64,000 nucleotides of DNA from Camelus ferus (lineage: Eukaryota). The stretch covers positions 60,204,001-60,268,000 of the forward strand of contig NC_045696.1 in the NCBI RefSeq assembly GCF_009834535.1. The letters are read 5' to 3'. The position numbers and the translations under genes are program-made. Each line of letters opens with the position of its first letter. The stretch's first letter is position 1. The notes beneath the pieces were generated by a model. That model worked only from the letters and a program-made list of their open reading frames with translations. It was not told the DNA's origin and did not search any database. Shown here piece by piece: positions 38,687 through 51,100 of the stretch.

Positions 38687-38975
38687 CTAAGGTGATGCTC
38701 TGGGAAGTCAGAGCTGTGGGTCTCTCAGCCCCAACAGGGGAAATGGTGAAATTTGTTGTCCTCGAAGAGTCATTTCTTCCTCTAGCAGCTGCTGTTTCAG
38801 TTTGTGGAGTGAAGTTTTCTGGAGCATCTGAAGAAGCGTGCCTCTTTCTGGGGGTCTGAACCATCACATCCCTCTTTGGAGACCACTGTTGAAAAGTCCA
38901 CTTGATTCTGATCAAAGGTTATGTTTTCTATGTGGGGTTCAGTGTTGCCTTCTGGCCAGTGGTTCCCTGCAGCAG
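38687..38975 (-). CDS. HEG1: HEG1 exon 2 (289 bp as written; contains a +1 frameshift near 38870)
   Basis: Acceptor atttcag|CT GCT GCA GGG AAC CAC TGG CCA GAA, donor TTA G|gtgagt; ...HWPEGNTEPHIENITFDQNQVDFSTVVSKE in one frame, VMVQTPRKRHASSDAPEN...ALTSQSITL in another. Confidence 0.93.
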
Positions 38976-39596
38976 CTGAAATGGTAGGAGAATGGATCAG
39001 TGAGGCCTTGCTGGCTTTGGAAAAGAAGCAAACCTTCAGGAGAAGGTACGTGAGCAGATTTATCAGTAGAGAAGTGGATTCAAATAGAATAATTTCACCT
39101 TTCTTTTTCTCCAGCAGTAATTAATCTTGCAATCCAGTGGAAGAAATTATGAAGCACCAGTATTATATAGAATTAAATTTTACTACAAGTAGAAGAAGTG
39201 ATGAAATTGATAGAAAGAGATCAGTGTGGAGCTCAGGGAAGGTCACTTGAACAGAGGAACGTGGGCAGGTTCAGAGAGGGTGTGTGGGACAGAGCCCAGG
39301 TGTGAGCAGAAGGAAGGAACCACTTCGTAAGCACCAGGGTTGTGAACTGTGCTTTCTGGGTGGTAGGAGAACACAGCTGGCAGCTCTTAATCCTGACACC
39401 TACTCTTGCAGGCAGGAGGTGGGGCATGCACAATTCTGCAAAAACATGGGAAGGATTTCGCAGTGTTGCTAAACCTTAGTAATGTAAATAGTTTTGATGA
39501 AGTAATTTCATTTTCTTTGAATTTATCCTAAGGAAATAAGAATGGGAACAAAGATTTAGCTGCCTAGATGGTCACTGCACCATTGTTTACAACAGT

Positions 39597-39718
39597 AGAG
39601 AAGGAAGGAAGGAAGGGAAAAAGGAAGGAAGGAAGGGAGGAAAAAAGAAAGAGAAAGAAAGGAAGGAAGGAAAGGGAAAAGAAAAGGAAAAGAAAAGAGA
39701 AGAGAAGAGAAAAGGAAG
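39597..39718. repeat. Polypurine (GGAA/GAAA/GAGAA) low-complexity tract
   Basis: About 120 bp of only A/G. Confidence 0.92.
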
Positions 39719-40220
39719 TTAAAAATCCTATAGCAGGAGATCAATTAAACCAGTTGTAGTATATCCATATGAAATGATTCTCTGAGGTCATTAAAGGGAT
39801 GTTATAAAATAAAATAAAGATATTCTACAGGTATTATTGAGTTAAAACAACAGGCTTCAAAATAGAATATAGAGCATGATCTCATTTTATTAAAATAATA
39901 ATAGCAATCGTAGACGTGTGCGTGCAAGCACTGATCTAATGCTCGACGTGCACGCATTCATTTTGTCCTTGCACGATTCAGAGGCAGGTGCTCTTGTTCG
40001 TCCCGCTTTGCATGGGAGGTCCTGTTCCCTGCCCAAGCGTCAGCTCTCAGTTCTGCTCCCCTGGAGGATGAAGTACCGGAGAGGAGTGTTGGAGCAAATC
40101 CTCCTGTTCTCCCTCACTTCTAGTCCAGGGGTGTGGAGGAAATGTTGCCTATTAGTATGGACTGTTACTTGAAGTTTATAAATTAGGAAGGTATTTCTGT
40201 TAGTTAGAAAATCTATTTAA

Positions 40221-40281
40221 TTGGCATGACATTGTAAACTGACTATACTTCAACTAAAAAAAAAAGAAAGAAAGAAAGAAA
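40221..40281 (+). mobile_element. Very short L1 3' tail insertion
   Basis: gacattgtaaactgactatacttcaa plus A/(GAAA)n tail; TSD agaaaatctatttaa at 40206 and 40282. Confidence 0.78.
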
Positions 40282-40978
40282 AGAAAATCTATTTAAGTGA
40301 TCATTTACTTCCACCCAAGATGGTGACAAAGAGGGCGTTAGCAAAAATGTGGTGAGGATGAAGTTGAAGCTGGGGCTGAAAGCGGGCACCGAGGAAACCG
40401 TCTGTGGTATTGCCATCTCTCAAGGCAGGGTAGGTGGGTGGGACGCCCAGGGCCAACCAGAGAAGGCTGCCCTGTTACTCTGGAGAAGTCTGCACATGGC
40501 CTGGCCAAAGCTTGGAAGCCAGAGCCAGGCCATCACTGGGGGTGCCAGCCCCTGAAAGATAATGCCAAAAAAAAACAGCATTTGCAGAGCTGTTACCCTG
40601 CATATCCAAACTAATATGGGAGAGAATGTGGCATACATGTACTAATTGTGGGGCACTGTGTTTAATGAGTTTCTAGAAAAAGCAATGATGAGGACAAGGA
40701 CCACTTGAAGTTATTGCTGATTACATGGCTCCTTGAAAAACCCAATTCATTTTCCCCATTTGAGAATGATATTTTTCTTTCTGCTTAGGATTGGGGGCTG
40801 CATTGAGAAAGCGCTGTGGGGATGAATGAAGTCACCCCTACCTATGTGAGTCAGGCAAAAATGGCCAACAATTGGACCAGTAGGGGCTGCAGGCAGAACC
40901 TACAGTTCAACCCAAAATATCACGCACACACACAGACACACACGCACAATCTCAAAAGGAACAAGTTATCTTCTAGAT

Positions 40979-41419
40979 CAGCCCTATCCAAGAGATGTAT
41001 AAAGTAAGCCACAAATGCAAGCCACATATGTAACTTCAAATTTTTTAATGGAGGTACTGGGGACTAAACCCAGGACCTCATTCATGCTAAGCACGTGCTC
41101 TACCACTGAGCTATATCCTCAGCCTCTGTAACTTCAAATTTTGTAGTAGCCACATTTTAGAAAGTTAAAAAAACAACAACAAAAAAACCCCAAACCGGGT
41201 AAAGTTAATTTTAATAAACATTTAAATAAATATTTTATTTACCCCAATATATTCAAAATAGTAACACTTCAATATATAATTCGATAGAAAAATTATTCAT
41301 ATATTTGGCATTCTTTTTTTGGTATTAAATCTTTAAAAATCCAGTGAGTATTTTGCTGGCCACACTTCAAGAGCACAAGAGCCACATGTGGCTAGTGGCT
41401 GCCACATTGGACAGTGCAG
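40979..41419. mobile_element. MER33/MER3-like hAT-Charlie non-autonomous DNA transposon
   Basis: Termini cagccctatccaa ... ttggacagtgcag, internal agccacatgtggctagtggct, 8-bp flanks ttctagat/atctagag (hAT nTCTAGAn target). Confidence 0.8.
41045..41126 (-). mobile_element. Short tRNA-derived SINE (Vic-1-like) inserted in MER33
   Basis: Reverse-strand SINE head; exact 16-bp TSD tgtaacttcaaatttt at 41029 and 41127. Confidence 0.88.
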
Positions 41420-42888
41420 ATCTAGAGCAATGGTTCTCAACACTGTCCCCACTCTGGTCCACTTCCACCTGAAGCAGTGGCTCACTTACTGGAGTTAGAG
41501 GGGAGGTGATTACAAATTCTTCCGTAAAGAGATTCTGACAAACTTTCCTAAGGGCCTCACTTCCTCCCCCAAATCCCTTGAGAACTACTGTTTTCAGGCT
41601 TCCTATTCTGTTTCCTATAAGTGATAATTAACAGAAGCTTCCTAAAAGAGGAGGGAGTGGCCCAGGCATCGGGCTCCTCTGGGGCCCAGCCCCAGACAGG
41701 CAAGGCCCACACTTGGCTAGAAATGGGAATGTGGAGGGGTGTTCCCGGGGCAGCCACCAAGTCCACAAGCTCAACCCGGGACTCTGCGGTGGTGGACAGC
41801 AGTGAGTGACCCACATGTCAGGTTCCCTTTGTTCTTCCTATCTGAGCTACAAAGGCAAGTTCACCTCCCAAGAGGAGTGGGGGGGGGCAGATTTGAGGAT
41901 GCCCTCTCTACCCTCTTAGTCAACTTGGCACAATGAGAGAAGTTATTCTCAGAAGAAACCAGATAAAAGTGATTGTGGGAGGCAGAAGGGACTCAAAGCC
42001 CATGCTCCAAAGCTGGTAAGCCATGAGCAAAGGAAGGAAATGAATTTAGCTCTGTTACAGCCTTAAGATGAGTATGAGATTTGGCCGTTGGTGAGCATGG
42101 CTGGGCCTCTGGAAGCATCCACGACCCCTTCTTCAGGGAACAAAGGGTGGATGTCCCAAACCCCAGTCAGCTCAAAGAATTCCACTGCAGTCTTGAAAAG
42201 GAAAAGAATGGCCACAGGAAGACAGGACATGGCTAGCACTGAACCATGCTCTCTCCCTGGAGGGTTGACTAAAAATGGAAAAAAGAAAAAATGCATACTA
42301 TAAACAAAACTCAAAGGCAGACAATAGTCCTGCAGTATACTGAATAACCCTGCCACCAGCAACAACTAAAAATGCTGAATAAAATGTTTTTTAAAAAAAT
42401 ATTTCTTAAATGCATTGCTAAGTTGACAAGCAAATCTTGTGAGGTCAAAAATGAACCAGGAGCTGGAATTCAGAGAGATGAACTAACTCCAAAGCTGCCA
42501 GCTGCCCTGGGGCACCTGCTCAGTGACCTTGAACTTCTGTTCTGATGACCACAGGGATGCAGGAGATAGGAGACAAAACTCTTAAGGAAGGAGTCTGAGA
42601 GGAAACTCTTGTATGAAGTTGGGACTAGGGCTATACCTTGGGTATAAGGCAAATAGAAACAAAACTGCCTTGCAGAAGAAGACAGCAAGAAATCTGGCCC
42701 TTCAACCATGGTTTTAGGTGAAAGAAAAATAACTCCCCCTCAAGGATTTGTAACCATAAAGCTGGCCCTCGTGTGGGTGTGCAGCACAAATTCACAGCAC
42801 ATGTGTGGTCTAAACCTCAAGCCAAGGATGTATTTAAAAGTTGTAGTGAACCTTATGAATATACTAAAACCCCCCACTAAATTATATA

Positions 42889-43205
42889 CAAGCATACCTT
42901 GTTTCATTGTGCCTCACTTTATAGTGCTTCACAGATATCGCACTTTTTACAAATTCAAGGTTTGTGGCAACCCTGTGTCAAGCAAGTCTATTGGCACCAT
43001 TTTCCCAACAGCATTATTTTAAACTCAGGTATGTACACTGTTTTGTTTTGTTTTTAATATAATGCTATTGCACACTTAAAACACTACAGTTTAAACATAA
43101 CTTTTATATGCACTGGGAAACCAAAAAACTTATGTGCTTTATGGTGATATTTGTTTTATTGCAGTGGTCTGGAATTATACCCACAATATTTCCAAAGTAT
43201 GACTG
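42889..43205 (+). mobile_element. Tigger1 internal-deletion derivative (Tigger1a_Art-like, TcMar)
   Basis: 5' end caagcataccttgtttcattgtgcctcac...ggtttgtggcaaccctg and 3' end atgcactgggaaaccaaaaa...gcagtggtctggaa...aagtatgactg; preceded by TA. Confidence 0.82.
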
Positions 43206-43273
43206 ACTGTACTTTAAAAGGGTAAATTTTATGGCATGTAAAATACATCTCATACCACACATACATGCACAAA

Positions 43274-43301
43274 CGCGCGCGCGCGCGCACACACACACAC
43301 A
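43274..43301. repeat. (CG)7(CA)7 compound dinucleotide repeat
   Basis: Direct reading. Confidence 0.92.
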
Positions 43302-45500
43302 TCCTGTAAAAGCGGAAGAAAAAGTGGTCCTGGTATACAGTGCCTCTGGGTACTTGGCAGAAATAAATGTGAATCCTCTCTAGACGAACATACCTTCAAT
43401 CCAATTTTATTATTTACTGATAAAATCCTAAAGAATAAGAGATCACAGTCAAAAAATCACAAAATAAAGAAAATAAGGCATCTGTGGACAAAAGTCAGTA
43501 AACTAGATGAGTAAAGACTTCAACTACGAGAATTATCAGACAAAGAATGTAAGTATATAAAATTCCACGAAAATAAATATGAAGAAATTGAATATGAGAG
43601 AAAAAGAGGCTATAAATAATGGCCAAAATTTTTGAAAGAAATTTAAATGGAGATTCTAGAAATGAAAAAAAAAATTAAAATTAGGAAACTCAACAGCCAA
43701 TCAGATACGGCTAAAGAGAATTAAAAATTACAAGACAGATGACAAGAGACTGCAGAAATGATATGAAAAGATAGCAAATATGAAAACAGGGTGAAGAGAC
43801 AAGGAAGTCAGCGAGAAAGTCCAACATATATATCTAACTGGATTTCTAGAAGATGCAAGAAAAAGAAGAAATGGCAATATTCAAAAAGATAATGGCTAAG
43901 AATTTTTCAGAAGTGATAAAAAGTATGACTCTTCAGACTAAGGATGCCCCAAAAATCCTTAGGAGGCTAAATCAAAAAAACATATAAACTCATATCATAG
44001 TGAAAGTGCAGAAAATTACAAACACTAGGTCTTAAAAACGAGAGGAAATAAATGAAAAATCACCTACAGAAGGTGACAGACTAACAGTTGACTTCTCAAT
44101 AGCAACAATGGAAGCCAAAAGACAGTATGTAAGTATTTTCAAGTGCTGACAGAAAAGATTAGGATTGTATACACGGCAAAACTATCTTGAGACTCTTTCA
44201 AAATAGAAACATTTTCAGTCAAATTTGAGTTAATTATCTCCAGTAAAGGAAATTATGGAGAATTTATTTCAAGTAGGGGAAAAGCAATCCTAGATGAAAG
44301 CTGTAAGATGCAAAATGAAACACTGAACAAGAAGAATAATAAATATGTGCATAAATCTAAAGAATCACTGAATTTATAAAATAGTAATTTCTCATTTGTG
44401 GGATTAACAAAAGGAGGCAAAGGAAATCCTGGATAACAATAGCACATAAATCCGGGGCGGGGAGGGGGTGATCAGAATCTTGTGTAGGAGAAGGGTAACT
44501 TTCAGTTGTGTCAAAAACGCCTTTTGAAGTCCCTCAAAAGAGTAAAACTGGTAGAGCTTGGAATGATATAAAATTTCCATTGAGAGAAATCAATGAAAAT
44601 TGACTAAAACCAAACCAAAACAAAAAAATCAATAAATGGCAACAGAAGCATGTTATTTAGAGATATGGACATAATTACTAAAAGAATCTGTTAAAAGCCC
44701 TGAAAGTGGGAGGCAGAAAATGATGATGGTAGGAGTGGTCAGGGTCTTAATAACAGCCTTATAAAACATATTCAATCTTTAAACCATGTGTAAGTTTGAT
44801 AAAAATAAAAATTAAATTTTAAAAAAGTTGAATAACAAACCAGGATAAATGTCTGCAGTGCATGACAAAAGTTTAGCATTCTTAATACACAAAGAACACT
44901 TTCAAATCCTAGGATGCACATAGACAGAAAACATGAATGTGCCATTCACAAAAGAAAATGTGTAAGTGGAGAATAAATACACGAAAGTATTGTTGGGAAG
45001 AAATGAAATACAAATCTAAACTAGAAAAGACTTTTTAAAATCATATATATTTTTGCCTATCAAATTGGCAAAGATTTAAAAAAATGATAATATCTAATGT
45101 CACTGCAGGTATAGAAAACACTTTCTTACAATGTGGGCAAGAATGTAACTGGCATATTCTTCCTGGTGAGAAATTCAGCAATCTATTGCAAAAGCCTTAA
45201 AAATAGATGTATGTTTTGACCTGGGAATTCCACTTCTGAACATTAATTCCAAGGAAACTAAGGAAGTATGCAATTTCAGGCATAAGGAAATTTATCAAAG
45301 CATGTTTATAATGAAAATTGGAAACAACCTAAATTTCTGCAGTAAGGAGTTGGTTAACTTAATTATGAGACAAAATTTTTAAAGAACTGATCAGAATATA
45401 TCATTGACACAGTTTTATATACATGTATCACTCATCCTGTATTGTTACATGAAAACATAAATTACGATACATATGTACCACATGATCTTATATTATGAAA
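43300..45500 (+). mobile_element. Degenerate ancient L1 (ORF1-like and 3' fragments); boundaries approximate
   Basis: Very A-rich; gcaatattcaaaaagataatggctaagaatttttcagaa and gacttctcaatagcaacaatggaagccaaaagacagt are typical of L1 ORF1; no intact ORF. Confidence 0.7.
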
Positions 45501-46214
45501 AATATATTCTACTAAGAAAAAGGAAAAAAAGGTTGGTATCTTGGTAAAAGGACTCCAGGCCTGGAAGCCACCTTGTAATATGCTTTCTTTGGTCCCCAGA
45601 CCTGCCCCTTAAGGTAGGTGAAGGCTGTAGACTTTAAATACAAAGTTGGCTCATGCAACTTGCTAACAAGCCAGTGTGTGGGTTTGGACTCCAGTGCTGT
45701 TTCTGAAACACAAGCATGGGAGTGGCTTTGACACCCAGCTGAAGGACTGATGAGTTTACTTGTGTCTGCACCACTCGGCCTCTGGACGCCTAGCCAGTCT
45801 CAGCACGGGTCACAGCCACCGCCGGCATCCTGATCAAGGAGAAGTGCTGGTGACTGCCTCTCCAGAGCAGCTCGGGCTGGACACACCCTGGTCACTGCTG
45901 CCACCGCCGGGCCCTGCTGACCTCGGAGACCTGCTGGCTTGTGGTGCCACCTCCACCCTCTTCCCCTTAGTCACGGGTGCCACAGCTGCCTGGATTGGTG
46001 AGAAACTGTTTCCTTTAGGGCCCCTCTTTATTTAGGGATCTTCCCCTCTCTTTCCCCAAGAACACAGGAGGCCATATTAAAAAGCTGCTTGCTTTACCTG
46101 TAGCCGTGAATCTGTGTTCTCTCTGTAAAGGTCCTTTCGTCTAGAAGGAACAGGGTCTGCCTCCAGTTTCATGCCTGGATCTAGAAACTTAGTTCTTAAA
46201 AAGAGAGGCCGTGG

Positions 46215-46420
46215 GTAACACACAGGCTGTGGTTAAAGTCAGGCTGTCCGGGTTAGACTTCTGGCTCTACCACTTACACGCCCGATGAAGTGAGATACAT
46301 AATTTCTCTGTGCGTCTTCATCTGTAGAATGGGGACAATAGCAGTCCCTACCTCGCTGGACTGCACAGAGTACACACATGTGAGAGCGTCAACCAGTATC
46401 AGGCACATAGTGAGTGCTGT
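46215..46420. mobile_element. MIR SINE
   Basis: ctggctctaccacttac...catctgtagaatggggacaatagcagtccctacctc...ggcacatagtgagtgct. Confidence 0.7.
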
Positions 46421-49154
46421 ATACGTCAGAGCTGGTAAATGGATTTAGGCCTCTCAACTTTTAACAAATAGGTCTGGGGATGACCTTGGTGGGCACTGCT
46501 TAAGCAATCATGGCTCAGTCCCCCAACACTTCTCCGAGTAGCAGATAGGAGCTGGTAGCAGAAGGGAGCCACCCCCTCAGGCCTCCAGGCCCTCCTGGCA
46601 GCTAGGAGTGCCCCCTGATGAAAGGACTGAGGCTGGCTGAGTGGCTGCTGGGGCAGCTCCTGCCTCGGCTAGCCCGGCTCCATGACACTCTCCCAGGAGG
46701 CACAGGGAGAACTGGGAGGGGGCACAGGGTGAGACTTGGGACCACCTCCAGCATGAAAGCCCCTGATGTCACTGGCCTGGTATTCCACAACAGCATCCCA
46801 CCGCCACCTGTTTCACTCTGGATGTGCCTCTACTCTTATTGCCCATTCCTCAGAAAAAGGATTAACCAACCACGCAGGCTGGGGCAGGCAGCATCCCAGC
46901 CCACCCCCTCTGCCGTTCAAGGTCTCGTTTGATTGTGAACATCTCGGTGCCTTGCACCATTCCAGGTCGTACCTCAGGGAGAACAATGGGTCAAATGCTA
47001 AAATAGTTACTGCAGTCCAGGGGCGAATCCTTGCAGAAGCCCTGAGTTGTTCAGGTCAATTGTGGTTGAATTTGGCTTGTGGTGTGGCCCCCCATTCAGC
47101 ACAGAGAGTAATTCAGGGGTAAGTGGACAAGACTCAACAGGGACCTACCACATGTAGGGGGAGGTATTGGGGCTCCTCCTCTTGGTGGAGAAGAGAAATT
47201 GGCTCTGGAGAAGCAGAAAGGGAGAAGGTATGCCTCAGGCCTCAGTGCCTGGGCCAGCCAGGAGTGAGGAGGAGAGGCTGTGCCCCACTAGACACTTAGC
47301 AGCAGCCTCTGGGGCAGGAAGGGGGTGCCCCAAGGCTCAGGGGAGGCTGGCACCCTTCACCTCTCCCATCCCTCTCCCCAGAGGGTCAGAGGCAATTGCT
47401 TAAACCCTACTCACATCCATGGCAACTGAGCCACACCAACCAGCCTCAGTTGTTTAGATGTCCCAATTCCCCAAGTATCTCTCCAGCTGGAAATGCCATC
47501 CTTCCCTTTGTGTCAGGCCATCCGCCATTGTACCATGAATAGAGATGAAGTGAACAAGAGAGTTTTATTGCTTTGCCTGTTTTTCATTTTTTCCAAGTTG
47601 ACAACTTCCACTTCTGTAATGTCTTCACGTTCCAAAACATCTGTTTGTGCACCAGCATCATCAGGGATGCTAGCACAGCCCGGGAGTAGGATTTCCTAAT
47701 TAGCAGCTGCTACAGAGTCAACTCCTCGCCACCCACCCCATGATTTGGGGGTTTTTGACTCCATTGTTCCCGAGCAGTGGCGTGGGTGTGTGCAGAGAGT
47801 GTGCCGTGTCATCCAAAGAAGCAATTTCCTCCCGGCGGCCCGGCCGCCCCCACACTGCACCAGCTACCCCTGCAGCGGCCCCATGTCAAGTGCCGCCGGC
47901 TACACTCTCGCTTCTGGGGCATGGAGTTGAAGCACAAGCCCTTTATTGTCATTTCCCTCCATTTAGATCCAGATCTCACTACCCAGTGCCAAGTGATTTC
48001 CCAGGTGTTATCTCGTTTAATGCACGTGACAGCCAGTCGAGTGGGTGTCGTGGCATATGGGGAGACTGAGGGGCAGAAAGATTAGGTGATTGCTCAAGGT
48101 CACGGGCCCAACAGCAGAGACACACAATCTGAGGCCAGGTCTCCATCCATCACACCCCAGCTTATTCAGTGACATGGGGCCTTCAAGGCATTGACCAGTA
48201 AGCAGGGCCAAAGAAAGTCTCACCAGCCTTCAAACTTCAGCCTTAAACCCAACTGTCTCCCTAAGAGGGATGAGATGGTGCTTATCACGTAGGCTTTGGA
48301 ATCAGACAGACTTGGCTTGACAGCAGCTGCACATCATTAGCTAGAAGACTGAGCAGAGGACATCTAAATCAGCTTCTAAGTCAGAGATGAATTTCATGGG
48401 TAACGAAAAGAATGAGAACAAAGGAGTAGAGGCAGAACAGAGAACAAGTCTGTGGGACGAGAAAAGTCTGTTTTCAAAATATGACGTTTGGGGTGATGTT
48501 GTAACTTCCAGGTGGAAATGTCTGACAGGCACTAAGATGCGGGACTACAGATTAGGAGGAAGGACAAGGGGGTGGCAGAGGAAGGGGAAAGGGAGGGTCG
48601 AGGACTGAATTGAGGGAAAGCTTGAATTTAGAAGGAGAAGAGTCAGTGAACAAGACACAGATGACAAGGGAAGGACAGGATGAGGTTGAAAGTGGGACCA
48701 GGAAGGCAGTGAGTGCCCAGATACAGCACAGAGAGGCCATGGACACCAAGCCTGCCAAGAGGTCAGAGATGAGTCAACCAGAGTCCCCAGGACTTTCCCG
48801 AGTGTCGCTTGGCAGATGGCAGACAAAGGTCAGATGGCCAAGGGCTAAGGTTCACAAGGGAGCGGTTCTGGAACGGTATGACACTGACCCTCCGCTGCAG
48901 AATTCCCCATTCCCGCCTGCCCCTGGGAGCCTTCCTGGGATCCTCAACTTGGGCAATGCTCTTCAGAGATCCTTGGAGCTGCGTCCCTTGAATCTACATG
49001 GTTGTATGTGCCAGCATGGATTCTTAGACCTATGATAGTAGGTTTCTTTGCAATTTTAAAAGATTTTCCTAAAATTCAATTGCTTACACAGGGAGGGAGA
49101 AAAGAGACTTTAAAAAAAAGAGAGAGAGAGAGACAGTGAGCCCCTTTTCTTTTT

Positions 49155-49600
49155 CACAATAGCCAGAAGGTGGAACCAACTCAAGTGCCCATCAGCAGGC
49201 AGATGGATACACAAAATGTGATATATGCATACAATAGAATATTATTCAGCCTTAAAAGGGAAGGAAATTGTGACACATGTTACAACATGGGTGAACCTTG
49301 AAAACATTATAGTAAGTGAAATAAGCCAAAAGAACAAATACCACATAATTCCACTAATTTGAAGTACTTAGAATAGGTAAAGTCATAGAGACAGAAAGTA
49401 GAACAGAAGTTAGCAGGAGCTGAGGGGAGGGAGGAATGGGGAGTTATTACTTAGTGAGTTTCTATTCGCAAAATGAAAAAGTCCTGGAAATGGATGGTGG
49501 TGATGGTTGTACAACACTGGGAATGTACTCAGTGCCAATGAACTGTACACTTAAAATGGTAAATTTTATGTTACATACATTTTACCACAATAAAATATAT
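49155..49600 (+). mobile_element. Old L1 (L1MB-like) 3'UTR fragment
   Basis: cacaatagccagaaggtggaa...gaatattattcagccttaaaagggaaggaaatt...gaactgtacacttaaaatggtaaattttatg. Confidence 0.88.
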
Positions 49601-50489
49601 ATATATACACACACACATACACATCAACCACACACAAGGCACTGAGGCATCTACCTCAAAGAGCTTACTGCTTCGAGGGAGCTGAACTGTGTGCACAAAT
49701 CCCCACGACGCTGCTGCGGTGTGGGAAGTGGCCCAGCGAGGCAGAGGGGGTGCCCTGGGAATTTGGAAGGTGCAGGACTAAGACCAGAATCCCACCCTCC
49801 TTCCCCAGCTGCTGCTGCCTCCTCAGGATCCTGGGCCTTCCACAGCAGGGCCCTTGCAGCTCACTGCCTGCACCCCAGGAATCTTCCAAATGAGGGGGAT
49901 TTCAGGCTAGATGGCCAGCTGCGGGATATTTTGGGGCAGGCAGGAACCTTGGGGGTGTGGGGGAAAGTGGCTGCAATCTCACAGAAAGGCAGCCGCCTAC
50001 TCAGCTCGGCCCCTCTGGGCCGTGTTTTGAAACGCGGCTGCTGCGGATGTAATGATTCTGGGTGGAGGACGTTTAGGAGCCAAATGAGTTTGTGTGAACA
50101 AAAGACTCAGCTCTCGATCTGGACTGTCCAGGGCTCTCGGGGAGTTTCGTTTCCTTCCTTGTTCTTACCCTGAAAGGAACAGCCCCAAGAAAAACCATAC
50201 ACATTCAGAAGTGTTTGGACTTGAGATCCAATGATTTGATTTTTAAAAAGATTCCCCTGGAATAGCCTCTCGTAATGAGAAGTATGAAGTTTACAAGGCA
50301 TAGTGTCCTCCCCTCCCTCTGACAGAGTCAGCTTCTGTCCAGCTGACCATCCTCTGGGGACAAAGGCTGCCTGCAGGACGTGACCCGGAGTTGGCCGACC
50401 CGGAGCTCCTGGGTCTGGGGTCAGGCTTCCAGAAATGGAATCACCCCTGAGGTGGCCTCGGGGGTGCTAAGGAGGGAGGCTCTCTATCC

Positions 50490-51100
50490 AGGCAACAATG
50501 AAAGATGAAGGGCCTTGGTGTGACCTCATGCTCCTTGCTTTAAAAATAATTCTATAGGTTAAAAAAAAAAACAGACCTTGAGAAAAAGTCCTAGGGTCAA
50601 AGTTCAGAAGGTTCTCATTCAATTAAATAAGTAAACAAAAAGGCTTTCTGCAGGGGGCCTATCTTCTTTCTGGGGCGGGGGGGTTGCATATCTTGTCCCT
50701 CGGTTTTCTTTGCCCCCCTCACCCTTTGAAAAATAAACACCCATGTAGGGGCTGAAGAGGAAGCTCCTCAGCAAAGAGGCAGTTTTGAGAAAGAGGCTGA
50801 GCATCGCCTAGAGGTGAAGGTTGGGGGTGCGCGGGGAGCTGGCCTCCCGGCATCCCGCACAGTCACCCTAATGTTCGCTCACACCCAGAGAGGAAGCCCG
50901 GTGGCAGGACTCCACCAAAGGAGGCCTGCCAGGTTAGCGAAACAATAAAAAGGCAAGGAAAACATCCTGGTTCCGAGGAGGAAGAGGGGAGAGGTGTGGG
51001 GGAGGGGGCAGGAAGTGCAGGGCGCTACCGGGGCGGCGGGCGGGCGGACTTCACCAGACGCCAGGCTTTAAAGGCTCTCTCTTGCTCGGAGTGGCCTGCT
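50490..51100. promoter_or_regulatory. Candidate intron-1 enhancer or alternative promoter (CpG/GC-rich motif cluster)
   Basis: SOX aacaat (50494, 50941), DR1 gggtcaaagttca (50594), FOX gtaaaca (50631), ETS caggaagtg (51009), three gggcgg boxes (51031-51047); motif match only. Confidence 0.45.

Larger units (their letters stand above)
4529..38975 (-). other. HEG1: HEG1 gene, internal part (exons 2-14 plus alternative exon 5b); intron 1 occupies 38976-64000 and intron 14 occupies 1-4528
   Basis: Spliced translation gives a Ser/Thr-rich mucin-like region, EGF1 (VNSCATNPCLHDGKC), cbEGF2 ([11 protein letters not shown]), VRTFVTEFK..., AGSLCKRKTPECDKE and CPFGLGGLNCGN, matching human HEG1 as I recall it; splice phases chain correctly. 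Confidence 0.98.

Noticed and set aside
4529..38975. Calling HEG1 a pseudogene
   Set aside because: Only two 1-bp insertions; all splice sites, cysteines and other exons are intact, and assembly error cannot be excluded without reads
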